From Patescibacteria group bacterium (lineage in GTDB: Bacteria; Patescibacteriota; Minisyncoccia; UBA6257; HR35), in contig JAUQQN010000005.1 of NCBI GenBank assembly GCA_030549845.1, positions 1 to 32,000 on the forward strand: 32,000 bases of DNA, read 5' to 3'. Below the pieces are notes generated by a model. That model was given only the letters and a program-made list of their open reading frames with translations, made no database searches and had not been told where the DNA came from. Made by a program: the position numbers and the translations under genes. The stretch's first letter is position 1; each line of letters opens with the position of its first letter. Shown here piece after piece: positions 5,968 to 15,205 of this stretch.

Positions 5968-6945
5968 TTAACCATTCTTCCAAATCCTATTCCAAGCATA
6001 ATTCAAAAATAAACCGATTACTGATTTAAACCACAAACCCAATGTTTTTTCTGTTTTTGAATAATTGTTATATTTTCTGACCCAATCTAATTCTGTTAAA
6101 AGCCAATCACCTATTTTATCATTAAGAGAATTAAAACCACAAATTCTTATAAGATTTTCAGCGTATTTAAAAGGATTGTTCCCATCCTCCTTGGGAGCCC
6201 AAACCTTGCAAAATTCTAAAATTGTTGAATTTCCATTTAAACCAGTTCTTGTATTTCCTCTCGCCTTTTGTTCTAAATCCCATACGAGTGCCCTAAAACC
6301 ATCTTCTGGAGTATTAAAAACAGCAAAACCACCCTTTTGTCCAATTTGAAATGGAGACCATCTTAAACCACCGGGATTATTATTTTTAACTAAAATTTCT
6401 GATTTATTACCAAAATATCCCTCAATTTGGCCAATTGCTTTCGCTACCCTCACTAAAACCCTTTGACAGTTAATGTTCGGGTCTATAAAACCATCGAGCC
6501 CATTATCAACATCTTTATATTTATGACCATAATTCCAAAATTTCGCCGGCCCCCCATTATCGTCATCAATTTTTCTAACAGCAAAATGAAGATGAGACCA
6601 ATATGGTTTTAAAAATTCTTGTATAGATGCTCCCCGACTATCCTGATATCCCAAAAACGTTTCAAAAGATATTAAATCACCACTTTGAACTCGAATATTT
6701 TTTAGATGAGCAAAAACATATTCCCAGTTATTAGTGTCTGATAAAACTATAGTTCCCTCGTCTTGAAGTGCTGGATTTACTTTTTCTACTTTACAAGTGT
6801 CATCTACAAAAGAATAAACCGGGTCTCCATCACCAATTGAAATATCTATACCATTATGCCACGGTATTTCAGTTTTCAAATCTTCTCTTTGTCCGTAATC
6901 AGCAAGTAAGAGTATTTCTTTAAGCTTAAAAGGAAATCTCCACAT
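5968..6945 (-). CDS. M23 (LytM-type) peptidase with an uncharacterised C-terminal domain; endolysin candidate
   Basis: HNGID (HxxxD), FAHL and SHLHF (HxH) are in M23 order. The C-terminal half carries an NNPGGLRW..GFAVF..GFRAL motif of unknown family. Confidence 0.65.
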   Translation of the reverse strand: MWRFPFKLKEILLLADYGQREDLKTEIPWHNGIDISIGDGDPVYSFVDDTCKVEKVNPALQDEGTIVLSDTNNWEYVFAHLKNIRVQSGDLISFETFLGYQDSRGASIQEFLKPYWSHLHFAVRKIDDDNGGPAKFWNYGHKYKDVDNGLDGFIDPNINCQRVLVRVAKAIGQIEGYFGNKSEILVKNNNPGGLRWSPFQIGQKGGFAVFNTPEDGFRALVWDLEQKARGNTRTGLNGNSTILEFCKVWAPKEDGNNPFKYAENLIRICGFNSLNDKIGDWLLTELDWVRKYNNYSKTEKTLGLWFKSVIGLFLNYAWNRIWKNG

Positions 6946-6947
6946 CC

Positions 6948-7181
6948 TTAAAGTTTTTGAATGTTAACATTGCACTTATTAATTGACCCCCATATCCTCA
7001 TTAATCTTCTTATAAGTCTTATATTTCTACCCCTTTTACCAACTAACATTGGTAGATTATTTTTATCGCAAACTATTTTTAAATCAATTCCTCTTTCATT
7101 TATATCACTAACAACATCTACAGAAAATCCCCATATCAACTCTATTAAATTTTTAATTGTTTTTTCCGCCCTCTCCCTCAT
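6948..7181 (-). CDS. KH-domain RNA-binding protein (KhpA/YlqC-like, 77 aa)
   Basis: LKIVCDKNNLPMLVGKRGRNIRLIRRLM contains the GxxG loop (GKRG). Its length and layout match the small bacterial KH proteins. Confidence 0.55.
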   Translation of the reverse strand: MRERAEKTIKNLIELIWGFSVDVVSDINERGIDLKIVCDKNNLPMLVGKRGRNIRLIRRLMRIWGSINKCNVNIQKL

Positions 7182-7353
7182 TTTCCTTTTTTAAAATATT
7201 TAAAATTTCTTGATACCTTTCATTTAAATCACCAAAATCGTTCCAAAACTTATTTAAAATATGGGTTATTTCTTGAATTACTTCATCTTTTTTCATTAAT
7301 ATTTTTCTTTCTAACTCTTCTTTTTTATTTTGGTAATATTCTTTATCAAACAT
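7153..7353 (-). CDS. hypothetical coiled-coil protein (66 aa)
   Basis: ORF in the operon strand. Charged and helical. Overlaps the next gene by 29 nt. Confidence 0.5.
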   Translation of the reverse strand: MFDKEYYQNKKEELERKILMKKDEVIQEITHILNKFWNDFGDLNERYQEILNILKKENEGEGGKNN

Positions 7354-7356
7354 TTT

Positions 7357-7587
7357 TTATTTTAATTTTTCAATATCTTTTAATAATTCGTCTATAGCCT
7401 CGACTTGTTTTTGTAAATGTTCTTTCATTTCTTTTAGCCAACCTATATTTATTGGTATAATCTCATCATCTATTTTTTCTCCTGTTTCTGAATCAAACCT
7501 TTTAATTGACATTAAATAAACATCATCTTGTTTTATTAACGATATTAATCCTTTTTGTTTTTTTTCCTTGTATCTTATTAAATCCAT
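7357..7587 (-). CDS. hypothetical protein (76 aa)
   Basis: ORF in the operon strand, directly downstream of the tail fibre gene. Confidence 0.55.
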   Translation of the reverse strand: MDLIRYKEKKQKGLISLIKQDDVYLMSIKRFDSETGEKIDDEIIPINIGWLKEMKEHLQKQVEAIDELLKDIEKLK

Positions 7588-7615
7588 TTTAATTATTATA
7601 CCACACTTCTACATT

Positions 7616-10411
7616 TTACCAAGTTTGTAAAGGAATTCTTTTCCATGTATTAGTATCAACACAAACATATAAATAATCACTATCCCATGCTATATCGCCC
7701 TTATTACCAGAAGATCCAGATGTTGGTGGTGTTTTGGTATTTCTTAATCTAATAGTATCTGAATCTATATCTAATTTAGCCGTTGGGGAAGTTGTCCCAA
7801 TTCCAACATTACCACTTGTATCAATTGTTAATCTTGAAGATGATGATGTCCTATCTATAATAATAAATTTACCCTGTCCCTCTGCGGCAGTACCCGCAGA
7901 CGAAAATAATTCCCAAACCCTACCACCACTTAACGCTGTTGCATCTATAGAAATTTTAGCGCCATATAATCCACTTGGTCCTTGCTTGACTCGTAAATGT
8001 GTATTATCTCCAGCTATGTTTACGCTTTTTTCAATGTGTAGCGGTGAATTAGGTGACGTTGTTCCTACACCAACATAACCAGATGGTAAAATAGTAAATA
8101 CTTCATTCCAATACGATGAGTCATCTGGAGTAGAAATGTTTTGATTAGAAAAATAAAATCTTATACCACTATTATTTGAACCTATTTTAATTCTACCATT
8201 ATTAGCCGATCCTGATGTAGTAAAGGTTAAAATATCCAATCCTTTATTATTTTGACAAGATATAAATCCTGTTTTTTCATTACCAACTTGCCATATTGGA
8301 CCCCTAAAGAATAAACCATCATAAGTTACTCCAGAATTTGTGTTATAAATTCTAAGACTTATATCGCTTCCGTAGATAGTTAATTTATAATTAGGAGATG
8401 TTGTCCCTATTCCTACATTACCAGTTATTGCTGGATATAAATTACTTCCACTTACTACCCACGGATCCTGCGCGCCCATAGCATGAATTGCTCTTGATAA
8501 AACTTGGAAACCAGCTATTTTAATTTCACTCTGATTTGGTTGAAATTCACTAACAGTTAGTTTTATATAACGAGCCATAATCCAGCCAACATGGTGCTTA
8601 ACTCTTGGATTAGTATTATTAGAAACAGAAACTAAAGTAGTCCAGTTAATATTATCTGTACTATATTCAATTGTATAACTTTTTGGTATAAATTGATAGC
8701 CATCCTGCCAGTTAGTACCGAATGTTATATATGTTATAGCATCAATATTAGATCCTAAATCTACTGTCATACTAGCGGGAACACTTGTAACGTGCCACTG
8801 AGAACCATTGTTCCTGTAAGTTGGACCACCACCATATAAAACACCAGACGTTATTGTAGCCGATTTCCCCCTAGCAACATCCCATAAACCAGATATTTGA
8901 ACTAAACTATCAGATGTAATAATACCACTAACATCTAATTTGGATTGTGTATTAACTGTTCCTATTCCTATACTACCATTAACAATAAGATTATTTGTTA
9001 CCCTTGTATCTCCATTTACGTCAAGTTTATAAGATGGTGTCGTAGTTCCTATTCCTACATTACCAGTTGATGTAATTCTTAGTCTTTCGTTTAAACCATT
9101 GGAGTCTCGACTAGATATTGATAAAAAGCTGTTTGAAGAACCAGGAGATACGCTATTTCCTCCATATATTAATTCAATACGCCCACCCATTCCAGCACCA
9201 CCCCTATCTTGTGCGCTTAGAATTAATGCAGCCCCAGTAGTTGAGTCGTATCCACTGTACAAATCTAATGACCACGATGTATCTGACCTCCTTATTCCCC
9301 TGTTTGTTGAACCGCTACCCCTAACTATTATTCCGCCACCAATATCTAGTTTTTCTTCTGGTGTTATTACCCCAATACCAACATTACCATTTCCCAAGAT
9401 AACCATAGCATCAATTTTATTTGTCCACCCATTTTGTAAATTTGTAATAAAATGATGGGCTATAGAAGTTCCTGTTTTATCTGATGAGAGAACTAAGCGT
9501 TCATCGTTTGTTGGAATATTACCCCTTACCTGGCTAGCTGATTCCCCGCCACCTATTACTGTAAGACCACCAGAACCAAGAAATAATGAATTACCACCCT
9601 GATCTTCGTCAAAACTCATCCACGTAAAAGCATAATTTGTACCTTGGCTTATTAAATTACCACTATGTCTTATATCTCCAACAACATGAAGCCTAGAATT
9701 TGGTGTGTATGTGCCGATACCAAGTCTTTTATTTGTATTATCCCAAAATAAATTTTCGTTTCCACCTATAGTATTAGAAGATGTTCCAAATGCAATTTGA
9801 CCAGAAGAAATTGATCCAATTATTGGCGGAATTTTCCAACTTACATTACCCTGGTCATCAGATGTTAAAACCTTACCATTACCAGGATTACCACTTGTTA
9901 TTTTTAGTTGATTAGAAATTATTAATGGCGATGAAAATATATATTCTCCCGGCGTACTATTTTTACCAAATTCACCACTAGATACATAATCAGCCTTCAC
10001 ATTAGTTGGTGGAACAATTCCCAAAACCTTAATATTGCTTATTTGAAATTTTAATTTGTCTATCAATTTTTTTATGTTTTCTATATCTTCTAAAATATCT
10101 TTTATTTTTTCATTTGAATCATTTTTTATTTTTTCAATTTCTTCTTGAATAGAAATAAGTAAATTATTTAAGGATAATTCAAGAGCATTTAATTTTATCT
10201 CTAGTTGTTTTTCGCTTTTTTCTTCTTGTTTTTTAAATTTTTCTCTATTTTCTTCAATAAAAACCTTAATAATGTTGTAAAGATTTTCTAAATCACTTTT
10301 TAGTGCCTCGCCATCTTTTATTAATTTATAAACACTGCCCTCATTTTCTTTCAGTTTTTTGTTGAGTTTATTAAATACTTCTTTTAGTTGATTTACAATA
10401 ACCTCACTCAT
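7616..10411 (-). CDS. tail fibre protein (931 aa) with coiled-coil N-terminus, repeat units and a discoidin-like domain
   Basis: N-terminal 130-aa coiled coil. Seven copies of G(N/S/Y)(V/I)G(I/V)GT..P..KL.(V/I). A segment around 8490-8900 (SYTIEYSTDNINWTTL..ARYIKLTV) looks like an F5/8 type C fold. The C-terminal GDIAWDSDYLYVCVDTNTWKRIPL is typical of fibre tips. Confidence 0.8.
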   Translation of the reverse strand: MSEVIVNQLKEVFNKLNKKLKENEGSVYKLIKDGEALKSDLENLYNIIKVFIEENREKFKKQEEKSEKQLEIKLNALELSLNNLLISIQEEIEKIKNDSNEKIKDILEDIENIKKLIDKLKFQISNIKVLGIVPPTNVKADYVSSGEFGKNSTPGEYIFSSPLIISNQLKITSGNPGNGKVLTSDDQGNVSWKIPPIIGSISSGQIAFGTSSNTIGGNENLFWDNTNKRLGIGTYTPNSRLHVVGDIRHSGNLISQGTNYAFTWMSFDEDQGGNSLFLGSGGLTVIGGGESASQVRGNIPTNDERLVLSSDKTGTSIAHHFITNLQNGWTNKIDAMVILGNGNVGIGVITPEEKLDIGGGIIVRGSGSTNRGIRRSDTSWSLDLYSGYDSTTGAALILSAQDRGGAGMGGRIELIYGGNSVSPGSSNSFLSISSRDSNGLNERLRITSTGNVGIGTTTPSYKLDVNGDTRVTNNLIVNGSIGIGTVNTQSKLDVSGIITSDSLVQISGLWDVARGKSATITSGVLYGGGPTYRNNGSQWHVTSVPASMTVDLGSNIDAITYITFGTNWQDGYQFIPKSYTIEYSTDNINWTTLVSVSNNTNPRVKHHVGWIMARYIKLTVSEFQPNQSEIKIAGFQVLSRAIHAMGAQDPWVVSGSNLYPAITGNVGIGTTSPNYKLTIYGSDISLRIYNTNSGVTYDGLFFRGPIWQVGNEKTGFISCQNNKGLDILTFTTSGSANNGRIKIGSNNSGIRFYFSNQNISTPDDSSYWNEVFTILPSGYVGVGTTSPNSPLHIEKSVNIAGDNTHLRVKQGPSGLYGAKISIDATALSGGRVWELFSSAGTAAEGQGKFIIIDRTSSSSRLTIDTSGNVGIGTTSPTAKLDIDSDTIRLRNTKTPPTSGSSGNKGDIAWDSDYLYVCVDTNTWKRIPLQTW

Positions 10412-11921
10412 GATTAAGTTTTGATTGGAATTCTTCTATTAGGCTTTGTATTGATAATATTTCTTTTTCTAATGATTTAACCATATAAGAATTTATAAGC
10501 ATTGATTTTATGGTGTGGTAATCATATAACGGCTTAAATTCAAATTTTTCTTCTAAAATATTTTCAAAAACCCACCCAATTCTAGTGGCTATGTTATTTT
10601 TATAGCCTTTATCAATTATATCAAAAAAGCTTCTTTTATAAAAATCAACAAATTTAAAGTTAAAATCTATAAGACTGTCTGCTTTTAAAAAAGCTAATTG
10701 CCAATCATCATCTGATCCAGTTACTACAGCTAAATTTTTATCATATCCGCACGATACTAATTTATTACCAACTCTTTTAACATCCCAAAGCCAGATGTCT
10801 TTATTTTTGATATCTGTTAATATGGTTGAATTTTGTAAGGATAATTTTGCATATTTTTTGTCTGGCAATATGTTAAAAATTCTAAAACTTGCCCCAAATT
10901 TTAATGGTTTTAATTCATAAAAAGGAACACCATTTTTAATTGCTATAAAATAATCACCAACCCTAGAAAATGTAGATAGCTTATTAAAAACACTATTCCA
11001 CCCCTCCCTATTTGGACAAAATTCGCTAAAGTAAAATTTATCTCTTGAGGGAGAATACATTACTCCAATATCCCAAATAACAAACTCGTTATCTCCCCTA
11101 AGGAACATTTCTTCCATTGGCCTAAAAAACATATCATAAATTCTTTCTGCTTGTTCTTGTTTTTTAATCCAAAAAATAACAGATGCCGCATCTCCGGTTT
11201 GAAAACCACTATTTGCTGGACCAATTGGTTTAAGTTCTATATCTATGCTCATACCAATTAATTTTCTATCCCTAATAACTATTTCTGGGACAAACTCAAT
11301 TAAATCATCTATTTTCTCTTCTAATATAAATCCACCATCTTCATATAATGTTTTATCTTCTTCTAAAATATTAATCACCTCGTCTCTTGCAATTAGTGGA
11401 ATATCTGATAATGGAACAAATGTTTCTGCGTTTATATTTTTACCCTTTACAACCCATACCTTATCCGTATTTTTTAAAAATTCTTTTGCTTCTTCTACTT
11501 TATTAAACTCATGAATTTCTTGTTTGGCAAATAAATTGTGATTCTTAAAGATGTATTCTTTTGCTATTTCTCTATTTGTTTCAAACAAAAAATCTTGTTT
11601 TGTTGGAAATAGACCGAAATAACCCATTTGTTTTATTTGATTAGCATAAGGATAAAGAAAATTAAAATCACAAAATATTAAATAATCATCTCTTTTTCTC
11701 TCCTTATTTAAAAAATTAATAACATCGTCAATTCTCTTTTTTTCTATTATTCCATCATAAAGCTGTAATCTTCTTTCTTTTTCCTCGGGAATTTCATCTG
11801 GTAAATCTTTTAATTCCTCTACTTGCCCAACTATTACATCCCATCCCTCTTGTTGCAATTTAAGAGCTATTGGCATACCATGACCATCATATGTAATTAA
11901 GACAAATTTTGGCTTATTCAT
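10404..11921 (-). CDS. ATP-grasp enzyme, PurD-like fold (505 aa)
   Basis: KFVLITYDGHGMPIALKLQQEGWDV (Rossmann-like N-domain), VWVVKGKN, GFILEEKI and GVMYSPSRDKFYFSEFCPNREGWN parallel PurD-type motifs (VVKADGLAAGKG, IEE, GVLYxGLM..EFNxRFGDPE). Overlaps both neighbours by 8 nt. Confidence 0.45.
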   Translation of the reverse strand: MNKPKFVLITYDGHGMPIALKLQQEGWDVIVGQVEELKDLPDEIPEEKERRLQLYDGIIEKKRIDDVINFLNKERKRDDYLIFCDFNFLYPYANQIKQMGYFGLFPTKQDFLFETNREIAKEYIFKNHNLFAKQEIHEFNKVEEAKEFLKNTDKVWVVKGKNINAETFVPLSDIPLIARDEVINILEEDKTLYEDGGFILEEKIDDLIEFVPEIVIRDRKLIGMSIDIELKPIGPANSGFQTGDAASVIFWIKKQEQAERIYDMFFRPMEEMFLRGDNEFVIWDIGVMYSPSRDKFYFSEFCPNREGWNSVFNKLSTFSRVGDYFIAIKNGVPFYELKPLKFGASFRIFNILPDKKYAKLSLQNSTILTDIKNKDIWLWDVKRVGNKLVSCGYDKNLAVVTGSDDDWQLAFLKADSLIDFNFKFVDFYKRSFFDIIDKGYKNNIATRIGWVFENILEEKFEFKPLYDYHTIKSMLINSYMVKSLEKEILSIQSLIEEFQSKLNHE

Positions 11922-14900
11922 GTTTAATCAAAACCCCCCTTTTTCTTATTTTTTTTATTTCTTTAATAACATCTTTAGTTAAAATTCCTTCTCTCCTTAA
12001 AATTTTAATATATTTTTTGATTTCTTCCTTATTCATTCCCTCTTCTTTTTGCTTATTAATCCAATTATTGATAAAATGAGCCCTTTCTTCTACTCTCCAA
12101 TTTTTAATAGATAATGGAATGTCTGGCGGAAAAATTTTTCTTAATCTTCTTCTTTCTAAAATATCCATATAGACTTTTTTTAATTTTGGATTTTCTTCTA
12201 ATTTTTCCTTAATTTTTTTAATTCTTTCTTCTTTTGGTATTTCTTTATTTTTTGAATATACAAAAAGAGACATTGCCTCTGTCTTAAGCGTATTTAATTC
12301 CTCTTTTTCTCTAACAGTTCGTGGTATGAGTTCTCCGCGATATTTTTCTCTTCTAGTTTCTTCTAAAACATCTTCATAAAGTTTTTGTAATTCTGGAACA
12401 AATTTACCCGGCTCCCACGGAAGCATCATTTGCCACCATCTTCTATGTGATAAACTTTTTTCTCCTTGTGGAGTTATTTCTAAAAATGGTTTTGGCATTA
12501 ATTCTTTTATTTCTTCTGGTGATTTGCCGGTTGCCTCAAGATAAAGTTTATAATAAGCAGAAAATTCTTTCTTAATAGAATCTGGAATTGTTTTGCCCGC
12601 CCTTCTATAAACTGGATCGAGGACCCTATTTATAGTTCTCCATATACCAGAAAATGGTATAAACTGACTACCAACAAAAGTAAGTGTTTGTGGTAATGTA
12701 TAATCAATTTCCCCCCCTAGAGTTTTAAAGAATGAACTTAAACCAGTCAACGATGTTTGTTCGCTAATAAACCTTAAAACACCCAATGTTGTCGCTATTA
12801 TTTGTTGCTCTACTCCCTTGTCTGGATCTACTTTTAACTCCTTTGTTGACCAAGTAACTGCTGCTGGTATTATTAATGGTAATGCTAATGAACCAAAATA
12901 CCAAACAGGAACATTTAATTCAATTCCTGGTATACGAATAGAAAATGGTTTATTTCCGGCACTGTACCATATTTCTTTTTCTTTAGGATCTGATGGGGGT
13001 AAAAATGTAGTTCTTCCATTAAAAGCAAACCAAGCACTAATTCCCATTGCCATAGAACCCAATAAAGCCTTGGCATAACTTTCTGACGTTTTACTGCTGG
13101 CAAAAAGAATATCTGGAGAATATTCAAGTATTAATTTAGCAACATTAATAGGTGTTCTTACAAAAAGAATAAATGGAGAAAGTGCATAATAAGCGGCCGG
13201 CGACTTTTCTTTCATATGACTTTTAAGTTTTAAAAGATTATATCCTAAAATATCAAAAATTTGTGCTAGTGGTCCTAATTCTTTTAATCTTTCCCCCTGA
13301 CCCAATTTTTCTCTATATAAAAATCTTGTGGCAACCTCACCAGCTTTTTCTTCAATTTCTTCTAACAATCGTGGAGTAATTTTTTTACCAGCATTTTTAT
13401 ACATATCAATCAGCCTCATTTTTTCTCCTTCCTTAATAAGGGCAGTAAAAAAAATATCGGTAGCCTCTAAAAAGTTAAGTGGCCATTTAGAAACGCGAGT
13501 CAAGAAATCATTTGTTCCAGCATATCTTCCCATTTCAATAATTTTTTCTATTCCCTCTTTAGTCATCGTTTCCAATATTTTTTCAGACGATGCCCCCCTT
13601 TTCATTGCTTCTAAAAAACTATCAAAAGCGAATCCCAGAGAACCAATCATGCTTTTATAATAAGAGGCTACGTTTGATAATGTTATCCTTTCTATATCGG
13701 GATTTTTTAAAGACCTAAGATAATCAGTTATAATTTGAGTAGTTAGAGTTGCTGGTCTCAAAATAAAAGCCTGAAAAGCATTTGAAAAAGCGTTTCTATA
13801 AGCACTCCAGGGATTAAATAACACCCCACCAGTTCTTATAATATCAAGTCTTTCTTTAAAAGAAAGGTTTGGTAAATACTTTTTAGAAAATTCAAAAATA
13901 GTATCGGAGAGATATTTTTCAAATTCTTTATATCCCATTTGCGTTGATTTTTCCATCAAATTTTGTGTAATTTTATCAAGTTCTTTTATTGCCTCATCAG
14001 AAAGTTTAAGTCCGTATTTAGAAGCATAATCCAAAATTTGATTTTTAAAAGCGAATGGCTTTAGTTGTATTTTTACCGCCTCGGGAATTGCTTTGTAAAT
14101 TTCTACACCCCTCCCCGCCCTTACCGCCATCATTGTAAGCTTTTCTGCTAATTGTGATGCCCTTATCCATTCCTTATTATCAATAAAATGCTTAAATAAT
14201 TTAATTCCCAACATTTCTAATTCGTCTTGTTCAAATTTTACCCTTTCCCTCGTCGTTTTATTCATAATACTTTTCCACTCATTCATAATCATTTTATAAA
14301 GTTGATCTACGCTTTTAAGGCCAGCTCTTTCTAATTTATTTTCGAGTTGACTCCAAAATTCCACCCTATTTCTTCTTAAATATGTTCCACCACTTTCTCC
14401 TAAAATTTCTTTTAGGGTTGCTTCATCTATAACTCCTTTTTTTAAAACATTTTGCCATAGAGAAGACATAACCCTTTTTTCTTTTGGTTGAGAAATAAAT
14501 CTTGCTATATCATCATTAGGAAAAGAAGTACCTATGGGAGGTTTTTTGGGTGGTTCAGGAGGAGGAACAGAGGGTCGTGTTGGTATTTTTTCTACCACTT
14601 CTTTTGCTTTAAAACCGCTCCTTAATATTCTCAAAACATCTTTTGATTTTTTAGCCTCAGCAATTTGAGGGGCAATTTTTTCTATAACTTCATCTGACAA
14701 TTGGGGCACCTCTCTTTTAAGCACATCCTTAATGATATTTTCATTGGTTTCTTTTGCCAAAGTTTTAAGAACTGATTTAGAAACTAAAGATTTACCCGGC
14801 CAAATAGGAACTAAATCTAGTGCAAAAAACGCTAACCCACCCAAACCACCCACACCCGAGCTAATGTCTGTTGGTATTTTTATTCCATACCACTCTTCTA

Positions 14901-15204
14901 ATTTTTTTGATGCCCCAACTCCAATTTCTTTTCCCCCTTTAAAATAGTAAGATGCTGGTGCGATTGGTTCTTTTCCAAATATAATTTCTCCAATCTTTCC
15001 AAGTTTTTCTGTGCTTGCTGGCTCCCCAGTTAACCTTCCTTTTGTTATAAAATCACCGATATCTAACGCTAGACCAACTACCGCCCTGGGAAAAGATCTT
15101 ATTGCATCGACAATTAAATTTTTTCCAAATTTAATACCTTCTTTTACGTACTTAAATAAGGTTTTTTGCTCCTCTTTATTTTTTTGATTTTTTTCCTCTT
15201 CCAT
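11914..15204 (-). CDS. large virion protein (1096 aa), tape-measure or ejection-protein-like
   Basis: Size and position in the tail module. Hydrophobic segments (GVGGLGGLAFFALDLV, LLGSMAMGISAWFAF, WYFGSLALPLIIPAAV), a PPPEPPKKPP linker and a basic helical C-terminus. Function inferred from context only. Confidence 0.5.
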   Translation of the reverse strand: MEEEKNQKNKEEQKTLFKYVKEGIKFGKNLIVDAIRSFPRAVVGLALDIGDFITKGRLTGEPASTEKLGKIGEIIFGKEPIAPASYYFKGGKEIGVGASKKLEEWYGIKIPTDISSGVGGLGGLAFFALDLVPIWPGKSLVSKSVLKTLAKETNENIIKDVLKREVPQLSDEVIEKIAPQIAEAKKSKDVLRILRSGFKAKEVVEKIPTRPSVPPPEPPKKPPIGTSFPNDDIARFISQPKEKRVMSSLWQNVLKKGVIDEATLKEILGESGGTYLRRNRVEFWSQLENKLERAGLKSVDQLYKMIMNEWKSIMNKTTRERVKFEQDELEMLGIKLFKHFIDNKEWIRASQLAEKLTMMAVRAGRGVEIYKAIPEAVKIQLKPFAFKNQILDYASKYGLKLSDEAIKELDKITQNLMEKSTQMGYKEFEKYLSDTIFEFSKKYLPNLSFKERLDIIRTGGVLFNPWSAYRNAFSNAFQAFILRPATLTTQIITDYLRSLKNPDIERITLSNVASYYKSMIGSLGFAFDSFLEAMKRGASSEKILETMTKEGIEKIIEMGRYAGTNDFLTRVSKWPLNFLEATDIFFTALIKEGEKMRLIDMYKNAGKKITPRLLEEIEEKAGEVATRFLYREKLGQGERLKELGPLAQIFDILGYNLLKLKSHMKEKSPAAYYALSPFILFVRTPINVAKLILEYSPDILFASSKTSESYAKALLGSMAMGISAWFAFNGRTTFLPPSDPKEKEIWYSAGNKPFSIRIPGIELNVPVWYFGSLALPLIIPAAVTWSTKELKVDPDKGVEQQIIATTLGVLRFISEQTSLTGLSSFFKTLGGEIDYTLPQTLTFVGSQFIPFSGIWRTINRVLDPVYRRAGKTIPDSIKKEFSAYYKLYLEATGKSPEEIKELMPKPFLEITPQGEKSLSHRRWWQMMLPWEPGKFVPELQKLYEDVLEETRREKYRGELIPRTVREKEELNTLKTEAMSLFVYSKNKEIPKEERIKKIKEKLEENPKLKKVYMDILERRRLRKIFPPDIPLSIKNWRVEERAHFINNWINKQKEEGMNKEEIKKYIKILRREGILTKDVIKEIKKIRKRGVLIKHE

Positions 15205-15205
15205 A

